Of a stretch of 64,000 nt of DNA, positions 19,797-28,588 are shown one piece after another. The DNA is from an uncultured Chloroflexia bacterium. GTDB lineage: Bacteria; Chloroflexota; Chloroflexia; Thermomicrobiales; UBA6265. Location: NCBI GenBank assembly GCA_963724295.1, contig CAVRUC010000010.1, positions 224,001 to 288,000 of the forward strand. The letters are read 5' to 3'. Both the position numbers and the translations under genes were made by a program. Position 1 is the stretch's first letter, and each line of letters begins with the position of its first letter. The notes beneath the pieces were generated by a model, which saw only the letters and a list, made by a program, of their open reading frames with translations, did not search any database and was not told the origin of the DNA.

Positions 19797-20005
19797 GCCG
19801 ATCTCCTCCGCGGGAATCGTCCGCCTCCATATTTATGATCGCTGCTGGTGCACTTGGTCTTGACCGGACAGGCGTTGAGAAAGCAGCCTCGCCGCAGTAG
19901 GCGACTCCTCCCGCTGTCCAGTTGACGCCGTAGCGGTGCCGGAGGTGACCCGGGGGGCAGCGGCACTCTTCGCGCTCGGGATCGACAGCGACATCTGCTT
20001 GCCCA

Positions 20006-20698
20006 TCAATTCGCCACGATCGCGAGGCAGAAGCCGATGACCGTGGCGACCCCGGCCAGTTCGCCGCCACGCTCGAAAGCAAACGGCATCAGGGAGTTGG
20101 TCAGCATCGCCAGGAGTCCGCCCGCCGCCAGCGCCGCGGCGCGATCGCCGTTCGCCCCCGAAAACGCGGTGGCGCCCAACCACCCGAGCGCCGCCGCGAC
20201 CCCGCAGCTCGCGACGACCGCCAGCCAGAGCCGCGCGGTGCGTCCGACGCTCCAGCCAGCCTCGGCCAGATCCGCCGAGGGTGCGATCGCCTGCGGTACG
20301 TTGGAGACGAGCACGGCGGCGAGGAAGCCGGCGCTCACCGGCGAGCCGGCGGCGATCTGGATGCCGAAGATGATGGATTCGGGCACGCCATCGACCACCG
20401 AGCCGACGACGATGCCCATCGCCCCGCCAGCGCCTTCGTCCCCGAAGCGCCGCTCGACGATCGCGTCGCCAACGAGGAGGACCGCCGCCCCCAACAGCAT
20501 CCACAGGACGAGTTGCCAGGGTCCGAGGAGCTCTGCCTCGGGGATCAAGTCGAAGGCAATGGCGCTGATGAGGGCTCCAGCACCGAAGCCGGCGAGGGCC
20601 CCCACGACTTTGGTCGGAATATGCACCCAATAGACGAGCAGGCCGCTCAACAGGAGCGAGGACTGCGCGACCATCCCAAGCACCAGCGCCTCAACCAT
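20006..20698 (-). CDS. ZIP family metal transporter (ZupT/GufA-like)
   Basis: AGFGAGALISAIAFDLIPEA, VDGVPES, SNVPQA, LAMLTNSLMPFAF. Confidence 0.75.
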   Translation of the reverse strand: MVEALVLGMVAQSSLLLSGLLVYWVHIPTKVVGALAGFGAGALISAIAFDLIPEAELLGPWQLVLWMLLGAAVLLVGDAIVERRFGDEGAGGAMGIVVGSVVDGVPESIIFGIQIAAGSPVSAGFLAAVLVSNVPQAIAPSADLAEAGWSVGRTARLWLAVVASCGVAAALGWLGATAFSGANGDRAAALAAGGLLAMLTNSLMPFAFERGGELAGVATVIGFCLAIVAN

Positions 20699-20900
20699 GC
20701 GGAACCCCCTTCGCCTCGGTCCGTCCACCGCCGCACACAGCGCACGCACAGGACCGGCGGGCACGCCCAACACACCCACACCCGCGAGCGACGCCCGGGC
20801 GACCAGTGGATCGCGCCGTCATCCTGGCCCGAAGGCGGAGGCACATCCGCCGTTCGGCATAGATACGGTGCGGCTGTTGACTGCCGCTTCTGCCTCTCGG

Positions 20901-22415
20901 TCAGTGGCCGCCGACGGCGCCCTGGGTGAGTTTGTCCATGACTTGATCGACGGTAAAGCTGGCCGCCTTTTGCCGAGGTGGGAACGCCTGGAAGGTGCCC
21001 AGGAAATCCCCCACGATCGCTTGCGCCGGCACCAGCAAGAAGACCCGATCAATCAGCCAGTCGTAGTAGGTGTTCGACGTGATGTCGGCGCGCTCGAAGG
21101 GATCCGTGCGCAGGTTGAACAGCTTCGGCACCCGCAGCGAAACGAACGGCTCAGCCCAGATCCGCAACGTACCGGGCGCGGTTTGTTCCAGGAAGACAAA
21201 TTTCCAGTGGTCGTAGCGGAGGGCAACGAGGTCGCCATCGTCGGAGAAGTAGAAGAACCCCGGCCGCGGGCTCTTCGCCTCCTCCCCGGTCAGATACGGC
21301 AGCAGATTGTACCCATCGAGGTGGACCTTGAAGGTCTTGGCACGCGCTTGATGCCCCTGCTTCACCTTCTCGACGATCTCGGGTTCTCCCGCGGCCGCCA
21401 GGAAGGTCGGCAGCCAGTCCAGGTGAGAGATGATCTCGTTGCAGACCACGCCGGCGGGGATCTTGCCCGGCCAGCGGATCAGCTCGGGCACGCGATAGGC
21501 GCCCTCCCAGTTGGAGTTCTTCTCGTTGCGGAACGGCGTCATCGCGCCGTCCGGCCAGGAGTTCATGTGGGGTCCGTTGTCGGTGCTGTAAACGACGATG
21601 GTGTTCTCCGCGATCCCCAGCTCGTCCAGTCGATCGAGCAAGGCGCCGACCACCTTGTCGTGGTCGATCATGGTGTCGTGGTACACAGACTGCCACCGCC
21701 CGGCCTGACCGATGCTCTCCGGTTTGGGGTGGGTGCGGAGATGCATGTGGGTCGTATTGAACCAGACGAAGAAGGGAGTATCCGCTTCTACCTGCCGCCC
21801 AATGAAGTCCTGCGCTGCCGCCAGGAACTCGTCGTCGCACGTCTCCATCCGCTTCTTCGTGAGCGGGCCGGTATCTTCGATGCGCTGCGTGCCGTCGGGG
21901 TTGGCCCAGGAGTGGATGACGCCCCGCGGACCAAATCGCTCGCGGAAGTTGGGGAAGTCCTCCGCCGGTGGGTAGTCGGGGTGCTCGGGTTCCTCTTCGG
22001 CATTGAGGTGGTAGAGGTTGCCAAAGAACTCATCGAAGCCATGTGCGGTCGGGAGGTGCTCGTCCTTGTCCCCGAGGTGGTTCTTGCCGAACTGCCCCGT
22101 GGCGTAGCCGAGCGGTTTGAGCAGCTCGGGGATCGTCGGATCCTCGGCCTGGAGCCCGAGGTCCGCGCCGGGGAGCCCGACCTTGCTCAGCCCGGTGCGA
22201 AAGACGCTCTGGCCGGTGATGAAGGCCGCCCGGCCGGCGGTGCAGCTCTGCTCGCCGTAGGCGTCGGTGAAGCGCATGCCTTCGTCGGCGATGCGGTCGA
22301 TGTTGGGGGTGCGGTAACCCATCAACCCGTCGCTGTAGCAGCTCAGGTTGGTGATACCGATGTCATCTCCCCAGATGACCAGGATGTTCGGCTGCTCTTG
22401 CGGTGTCTTGGTCAC
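20901..22415 (-). CDS. Arylsulfatase (Cys-type, no signal peptide)
   Basis: PNILVIWGDDIG, EQSCTAGRAAFITG, GQFGKNHLG, YSTDNG. Confidence 0.93.
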   Translation of the reverse strand: MTKTPQEQPNILVIWGDDIGITNLSCYSDGLMGYRTPNIDRIADEGMRFTDAYGEQSCTAGRAAFITGQSVFRTGLSKVGLPGADLGLQAEDPTIPELLKPLGYATGQFGKNHLGDKDEHLPTAHGFDEFFGNLYHLNAEEEPEHPDYPPAEDFPNFRERFGPRGVIHSWANPDGTQRIEDTGPLTKKRMETCDDEFLAAAQDFIGRQVEADTPFFVWFNTTHMHLRTHPKPESIGQAGRWQSVYHDTMIDHDKVVGALLDRLDELGIAENTIVVYSTDNGPHMNSWPDGAMTPFRNEKNSNWEGAYRVPELIRWPGKIPAGVVCNEIISHLDWLPTFLAAAGEPEIVEKVKQGHQARAKTFKVHLDGYNLLPYLTGEEAKSPRPGFFYFSDDGDLVALRYDHWKFVFLEQTAPGTLRIWAEPFVSLRVPKLFNLRTDPFERADITSNTYYDWLIDRVFLLVPAQAIVGDFLGTFQAFPPRQKAASFTVDQVMDKLTQGAVGGH

Positions 22416-22486
22416 GAATTCTCCCTCCGCACGTCCGATCGGACGCATCGCTGCAGAAATCTTGTCCCATTGGCGTAGGGCATCTC

Positions 22487-22993
22487 TCATTCCGCGCCGC
22501 TGCCGGCGACGGGTTCGCCTTGCGCCGCGCCGGCCAGCAGGGCGATCGTCACCAGCGCCCAGGCGACGACGGCCCGCGCCCCGTGCGTTAGGAGGTGGAC
22601 GTGCAGGGGTTGCCGGTCACGCCTCTGCCCTCCGGCGACCGGGCGACGCGCTCGACCATCCATCCATCGTATCGGCGGCGCCAGCCCGGAATCGCTCCCA
22701 CGCGCGTGCCTTCGACGCCGTCCCCACCGCCCCTCAAACGGCAGCGCCGGCGCCGGCGCCTCGAGTGCGGGCTGGGCGACCGGCCGCTGACCGGCGGCCT
22801 GCTGGGCGAGCGCGTAGCGCGACCCCGGCTTGGCGGGAAGGAAGGCGCCGATCAGCCACAGCCAGGGGGCGAAGATGCCGACGATGCCCAGCACGGTGCG
22901 CCCCTTTTGAAAGGTCAGCGAGCAGACCGTGAACAGGCACGTGATGTAGAGCGACAGCAGCACAAAGCCCAGCGCCCATTCCAACCAGGTCAC
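22487..22993 (-). CDS. Small membrane protein (3' end uncertain)
   Basis: WLEWALGFVLLSLYITCLFTVCSLTFQKGRTVLGIVGIFAPWLWLIGAFLPAKPGS; GTG start after GGGAGG. Confidence 0.6.
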   Translation of the reverse strand: MTWLEWALGFVLLSLYITCLFTVCSLTFQKGRTVLGIVGIFAPWLWLIGAFLPAKPGSRYALAQQAAGQRPVAQPALEAPAPALPFEGRWGRRRRHARGSDSGLAPPIRWMDGRARRPVAGGQRRDRQPLHVHLLTHGARAVVAWALVTIALLAGAAQGEPVAGSGAE

Positions 22994-23284
22994 GGCCGTC
23001 CTCCCGCGCAACGATCAGGTGGGCACGCCGGCTCCGTCCTCGCCCGTTGCGCGGCGACGGGACGGAGGGCTCCGGGCGGCTCGGTGTGTCCCAGAGCCCG
23101 CCGGATGCGGCAGCGCACGAGCGTGCCGCGCCACGGGGACATCAGTGGGTGCAGCCGGAATGGTGCCGCACCACGGGTCGTAGCGGCATCGGCCGAACGG
23201 CGCATTCGGCTCTGGGAGGAGCGGCGGCGCCGGTCGCCCACGCCGCCGACTGGTGGACCGCTGAGCGATGCTCCCGAGGCAGGA

Positions 23285-23340
23285 GGATGGTCGGATCCTC
23301 GGCCTGGAGCCCGAGGTCCGCGCCGGGGAACCCGACCTTG
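23285..23340 (-). pseudogene. 56-bp orphan copy of an internal sulfatase segment (22130-22185)
   Basis: 54/56 identical; encodes KVGFPGADLGLQAEDPTI versus KVGLPGADLGLQAEDPTI. Confidence 0.8.
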
Positions 23341-23573
23341 GAGGCTGAAGGCGGCAAGTGCGTGAACCAACTGCTCACGTCTCACGCGACGACGTAGGGT
23401 CCGCAACAGACGATGCTCGGATGCGCCCGTGCGCCGGGGGCAGAAGGTGGCCTATCCTGCGCGGTTAGTGCGACGATGCTCGACAGAGCAGACTCTCCGG
23501 CCGGCTCGAGATAGCCGGCAATCGAGCACCATGACCTCGACCACAGCGGTTTGCACGAGAAAAGGAATTCCCC

Positions 23574-24552
23574 ATGGGTTCGTTGGTAGCGCAACATCGC
23601 GCGGACGCTATCGCGCCGCCGGGCTCCGCGCCCGATAACGACATGATCTGGATCCCCGGCGGGACGTTCCTGATGGGTTCCGATGACCACTATCCGGAAG
23701 AGGCGCCAGCGCACGCAGTGACCGTCCCCGGGTTCTGGATCGATCGGTATCAGGTCACCAACGCCGCCTTCCGCCGCTTCGTCAAAGCCACCGGGTACGT
23801 CACGCTCGCCGAGCGAACGCCGGACGCCGGCCTCTACCCCGGTGCCCTGCCCGAGATGCTGGTGGCCGGCTCGGTCGTCTTTCGCCAGCCACCGGGGCGG
23901 GTGCCGCTGGGCAGCCACTACGCCTGGTGGGGCTGGCAGGCTGGCGCCGACTGGCGTCACCCGGAAGGTCCCGGTAGCACCCTCAATGGCCGGGAGCGAC
24001 ACCCGGTGGTCCATGTCGCGTGGGAGGATGTCACGGCCTATGCCGCCTGGGCCGCAAAAGCCATTCCCACCGAAGCCGAGTGGGAGTTTGCTTGCCGCGG
24101 CGGGCACGACGGCTGGCCGTACGCCTGGGGGCAGGAGCTGGCGCCAAAAAGCCGGATGCTGGCCAACTACTGGCAGGGCGAGTTTCCCTGGCAAAATCTG
24201 GCGCTTGACGGATACGAACGCACGGCCCCGGTCGGCAAGTTTTCCTCCCAATGACTATGGCGTGTTTGACATGATCGGCAACGCCTGGGAGTGGACGGCC
24301 GATTGGTATGCCCCGCGCCATGAGGCCCCTTCGCCATGCTGCGCGGCCTCGCCCGATCCACGGGGCAGCGAAGCTGAGAGCGTCGAAGCGCGGGACGCGG
24401 CCGCCATTCCGCGCCGCGTGCTCAAAGGCGGCTCCTACGCCTGTGCCGAGAATTACTGCCAGCGCTACCGGCCGGCGGCGCGCATGGCCCACCCGATCGA
24501 CACCGGAACCAACCACATCGGGTTCCGCTGCGTCGTGCGACCGGCCATGTGA
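23574..24552 (+). CDS. Formylglycine-generating enzyme (SUMF1/FGE); frameshift ~24240
   Basis: [39 protein letters not shown] | [34 protein letters not shown]. Confidence 0.9.
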
Positions 24553-24619
24553 GGGTCAAGGTTCGTGACTCCTCGCAACCCTCTTGCCAGGGGGAGCGAT
24601 CGATGTGTCGAGGACGGCG

Positions 24620-25552
24620 CTAGGTGGGAAAGACCCGGTTCCAGTCATCTTTCATGCTGACGACGGTCCAGCCCCGCTGCCCGGCTTCGACCAGGGCGGC
24701 CTCCAGCCGTCCCAGCGGCGAGACCCGGTAGGCGTATTCGCGCTCGGCGTCGTCATGGTCGACGATGAGCGCAAGGGATCGCCCATCCCTGCCGGCGGTG
24801 TATTGGAGCATCGCCAGGTCGCCGTCTGAGTTTCCGCCCGCCAGGATCGGCTGCCGGCCGACGTGCAGGTGGATGTTGGCCGGCTTGCCCTCTTTGTCGT
24901 CGAAGCTGCTGAGCTCGGGGAGCTTGACCAGCACCGGCCGGCCGTCTCGGAGCTCGAACTGGACCTTGCCGCTGCTGCCGATGACTTGGGCGGGCGGGAT
25001 GCCGTAGACCGCTTCCGCGAAGACGCGCATGAAGTCGACCCCGCCACCGGAGACGATCCAGGTCTGGAATCCGTTGGCGCGCAGGTAGTCGAGTAGCTCC
25101 AGCATCGGCTGGTACACACATTCCGTGTAGAGCCGCTCGAAGCGCGGATGCTTCGCCGTGCCGATCCAGTCCCGGACGACCTCGGCAAACGCGTCGGTGG
25201 TGATCCCGGCGTGGGTGGCCGCGATCAGGGCGGCGAGATCGCGCTTGGTCAGCGCGGCCAACACGTCGCGGTCGTTGGTCAAGATCGCCTTGAAAGGCTG
25301 TTGCTCCTGCCATTCCGGGTGCTCGGGGGCCAGCGACCGGACGCGGTCGAGGACGAACCCGAGCTGGATATAGAGTGGCTGCTCGCACCAGAGGGTGCCA
25401 TCGTTGTCAAAGACGGCGATGCGGTCACCCTCCGCCACGAACTGGTCGCCGCCTGCCGCGGTGACCGCGGCGACGAAGTCGAGGATCGCCTGCTTGTTGG
25501 GCCCGTCGTTCCACGCGGGAAGGGGATCGTCAGGCATGGTGATCTCTTTCAC
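24620..25552 (-). CDS. HAD family hydrolase/phosphatase
   Basis: AVFDNDGTLWCEQP, WIVSGGG, GNSDGD, HDDAEREYAY. Confidence 0.85.
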   Translation of the reverse strand: MKEITMPDDPLPAWNDGPNKQAILDFVAAVTAAGGDQFVAEGDRIAVFDNDGTLWCEQPLYIQLGFVLDRVRSLAPEHPEWQEQQPFKAILTNDRDVLAALTKRDLAALIAATHAGITTDAFAEVVRDWIGTAKHPRFERLYTECVYQPMLELLDYLRANGFQTWIVSGGGVDFMRVFAEAVYGIPPAQVIGSSGKVQFELRDGRPVLVKLPELSSFDDKEGKPANIHLHVGRQPILAGGNSDGDLAMLQYTAGRDGRSLALIVDHDDAEREYAYRVSPLGRLEAALVEAGQRGWTVVSMKDDWNRVFPT

Positions 25553-25570
25553 GCCGGGTGCCCACGATGT

Positions 25571-26344
25571 TCAACGTTCTTGCTCCTGTGCTTCACCTGC
25601 TGAACCCCGCTCGCTCAACTCGTGGACGAGGCGCTTGAGCTCCGCGATCTCCTGCCGCAGATCGTCCGCAGGCTGCTGACCCTGGTCCGGTTCGGATGTT
25701 TTCGGTGCCAGGAAGGCATTGGCCAGGAAGCCGGTGAGAACGCCGAACAGCCCGATGCCGATCGTGAGCATCGCCACACCTACCACCCGCCCGCTGGTGG
25801 TCACGGGAAAGCGGTCGCCATAGCCGACCGTGGTGACCGTTACGTAGGACCACCACAGCGCGTCGGAGGCGGTCAGGATGTTGGCGTTGTCCGCCCGCGC
25901 CTCCGCTGCCAGCACAAACATGCTCCCGAACTGGAGCACAATGATGGTGAGGAAGAGGGTTCCCAGGAGGGCGCTGCCGGCGCGATCGACGGCGATCATC
26001 TCCCAGACGCCGCGCGGCCCGTACTGGTGGACGATCCTGGAGACGCGGGCCATGCGGAACAGGCGAGCGAGCCGCAGCCCGGGGAAGGGCAGACTGCCGA
26101 GGAAGTCAAGCCAGCCTCCCTCGTGGATCAGGTACGTCCGCTTGTGTGGGGCGCGCTTGAGCCGCAGGAAGAAATCGGCCAGAAAGATGAGACAGAGCAC
26201 CCCGTCGACGATCAGGACGACATTGTGGACGGCGGCACTGAGCGGCGCGATGGCCAGGACCATGTTGACGATCGAGAGGACCGACAGCGCCAGCACGAAG
26301 ATGTCGAAATTGGTCAAGTCCTGGTCGCTGGCGTGCGCCGTCAT
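25571..26344 (-). CDS. 6-TM potassium channel with S4 voltage-sensor-like helix
   Basis: S4 LRLARLFRMARVSR; pore ALWWSYVTVTTVGYGDRFP; C-terminal coiled coil. Confidence 0.9.
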   Translation of the reverse strand: MTAHASDQDLTNFDIFVLALSVLSIVNMVLAIAPLSAAVHNVVLIVDGVLCLIFLADFFLRLKRAPHKRTYLIHEGGWLDFLGSLPFPGLRLARLFRMARVSRIVHQYGPRGVWEMIAVDRAGSALLGTLFLTIIVLQFGSMFVLAAEARADNANILTASDALWWSYVTVTTVGYGDRFPVTTSGRVVGVAMLTIGIGLFGVLTGFLANAFLAPKTSEPDQGQQPADDLRQEIAELKRLVHELSERGSAGEAQEQER

Positions 26345-26378
26345 ATGATGGTCCCCTCGCTCGACCGCTCGGTCGCCC

Positions 26379-26807
26379 TCAGCGACTCCGAGGCGCACCG
26401 GGTGCCGCCTCTGTCTCCGGCAGGACCACATCGCCCGCTCGTGCCGCTCGTGCCATCGCCTCTTGCTCGGCGGCCCGCCACGGCCAGCGGCCGTCGATCT
26501 CGACGTCGATGCTCAGACTGAGCACCGTCCGCACCAGAACGATGACGGCCAGCACGACCACACTTTCCCGCGTCGGTTCGATGGCCACCGTCTTGATGAT
26601 GTCCCCGGCGACCAGGAACTCCAGTCCGAGCAGCAGCGAGCGACCCATAAACGTGCGCAGGCGCGTGTAGGCATCGCGGATTGGCGCCTGCCGCAGCAGG
26701 TCCCAGGCAAAGAGTCCGATACCGATGACCACGCCAGCAGCGATCACCACGACACCGACGACCTCGATCACTTCGGCGATCACGGAGATGACGTGGCTCG
26801 TTTCCAT
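26379..26807 (-). CDS. DUF1622 domain-containing membrane protein
   Basis: GRSLLLGLEFLVAGDIIKTV..LAVIVLVRTVLS..EIDGRWPW. Confidence 0.85.
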   Translation of the reverse strand: METSHVISVIAEVIEVVGVVVIAAGVVIGIGLFAWDLLRQAPIRDAYTRLRTFMGRSLLLGLEFLVAGDIIKTVAIEPTRESVVVLAVIVLVRTVLSLSIDVEIDGRWPWRAAEQEAMARAARAGDVVLPETEAAPGAPRSR

Positions 26808-26925
26808 GGTCCTGGCTCCCGCGCCCCTACGCTCGGACGATCATCGTCGGGTGACTTGCCCGCTTGAGTACGCTGCACAGTGGAGAACGACGCGCGACCG
26901 TTCCGGCGCTTTTCGGTAGGCGGGC

Positions 26926-27804
26926 TCAGACCGTGCCGGGAACGCCAACACCGGCCGCCGGTTGGCCAACCCGCTTCCCCATCTCGGCGGCGGCAACAAA
27001 GAGCACAAGCGAGAGCGCCAACCCGGCGACCAATGCCAATACCAGAGTGTCTCCACCGAAGCTTGTGGCCGCTACCAACAGCGCAGCCGAGAGATTGCGC
27101 TGGGCGGTCCCGAGACCGGCGACCTTTTGCGTGTCCGGGCCGCTCCCCGCGCTCAAGAACCATCCGATGGCGATACCGCCGATAGCCAGCAAGACGGCGC
27201 CAATGATGATCCAACTGCCGATGGCGCCGAAGATTTCGTCGTAGGCCATGAGGATGATCGCCGCGAAGGCGATGACCAGACTCATGCTCGAGATGCGCCC
27301 CAGATCCGGCGCCCAATTCACCGCGAGGTCCGGGTAGCGCGCCCGCACCAGCATCGCCAACGCCAGCGGCAGCAGCATGAGAACAATGAGCGGTTTGGCG
27401 ACGTCCCAGGGGGCGACCGTAGCCCCCTCCACCACCCGCGGCAGGATAATCGGCGCGTAGCCGATGGTCACCACCATCAAGAGCACCATCATTCCGACCG
27501 AAAATGCCACGTCGCCCTTGGCCATCTGGGCGAGTTTCGGGATGAACGGCGCTCCGGCCATCGTTCCCAGGAGGAGCAATGCCGTGCCGGCAGGCGTCTC
27601 CAGAGGTAAGAGGCGGTCGAGGAGAACCGACAGGGCGGGGACCGCGACGAAGTTGCCCAGCAGCACGCCGCCCAGCAAGCGGCCATTGCGCAGGGGGGTG
27701 ACGACTTGCGCCAGCGTCACGCTCATGCCGACCGAGAGCATGCTCGTGACGACGAAGGCCAGGATGCCGACCTGAGCCACGATCTCGAGTGTCTCACTGA
27801 TCAT
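26926..27804 (-). CDS. Bile acid:sodium symporter (BASS) family protein
   Basis: SMLSVG, NFVAVP, AGAPFIPKL, GTAQRNLSAAL; about 10 TM. Confidence 0.85.
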   Translation of the reverse strand: MISETLEIVAQVGILAFVVTSMLSVGMSVTLAQVVTPLRNGRLLGGVLLGNFVAVPALSVLLDRLLPLETPAGTALLLLGTMAGAPFIPKLAQMAKGDVAFSVGMMVLLMVVTIGYAPIILPRVVEGATVAPWDVAKPLIVLMLLPLALAMLVRARYPDLAVNWAPDLGRISSMSLVIAFAAIILMAYDEIFGAIGSWIIIGAVLLAIGGIAIGWFLSAGSGPDTQKVAGLGTAQRNLSAALLVAATSFGGDTLVLALVAGLALSLVLFVAAAEMGKRVGQPAAGVGVPGTV

Positions 27805-28009
27805 CCTCACCCTCCTCTGGCTTCGTCTGGATGGGGGCAGGCCAGCGCCCAACGGCGGCCCGCACTGTCGCACCCTATCAGGACCCAGGCTCGTCTTCAT
27901 CCACCGGTGGCGCCGCCTCGCGGCATGAACAAGCTGTGGGAACCGTGGGGCAGCGGGTCGTCCATCCTGGAAATGATGGCCTTGAGAGGAGCAACCGTCT
28001 CTTCCGTGG

Positions 28010-28557
28010 TCATCCCCTGTTCACGTACAGGTCGGCCGCGGTGTCGATGGTCAATCCGGAGCCAAAGTGCGGTCCGCCGCCGACGTTGAACACTCCCGCG
28101 AGCCGCTGCGGATACGAGCCGGCGGCGATGATCGCCTCGGACCAGGTGTCGAGGGAGGCGAAGAGCTCGTCCGCGTCATCCCCGATGGCGTCCAGCACCG
28201 GTCGTTCGAGCGCGTCAGTGCGGACCTCGATCTCCTCCCGAAACGCGCGGCCCGCGTCGGTGAGCTGCTCATCGCTGGTTATCAGCCCCCGCCGCGTGAG
28301 CCGGTCGAAGCCCGCGTCCATGTCGGCGGTGGTCCAGCCGCGACGACCTCCCCCGGCACCTGGCCGAGGCAGGCGCCGCGACTGGTGAAGTACGCGTTCA
28401 GCTCCGGGCGAGCCACGCCGTCCTGGGTGACGGGACTGTCTCCAAACCCTAGCTCGACATACGCCGCGTGCGCTTCCGGGGCGAAATACACACCGGCCGC
28501 GACCGGCTCCACGGCGTTGCGCAGCCGGCGAGCCCGCTCCTGAAAATCGGCCGTCAT
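28010..28557 (-). pseudogene. SCO6745-family (HTH_67-like) gene with a large internal deletion
   Basis: N-terminal ARRLRNAVEPVAAGVYFAPEA..YFTSRGACLG..EVVA joined out of frame at ~28340 to C-terminal RGWT..LTDAGRAFREEIEVRTD. Confidence 0.7.
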
Positions 28558-28588
28558 GAGGTGGTTCCCCCGCGATGGGGATGCGCGG

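Noticed and set aside
22130..23340. Template/variable repeat pair of a diversity-generating retroelement
   Set aside because: Only 56 bp, the two mismatches are not adenine-specific, and there is no reverse transcriptase; the other repeat pairs also differ at all base types
24230..24260. Programmed ribosomal frameshift in FGE
   Set aside because: No convincing slippery heptamer or stimulator, and many similar indels occur across the window
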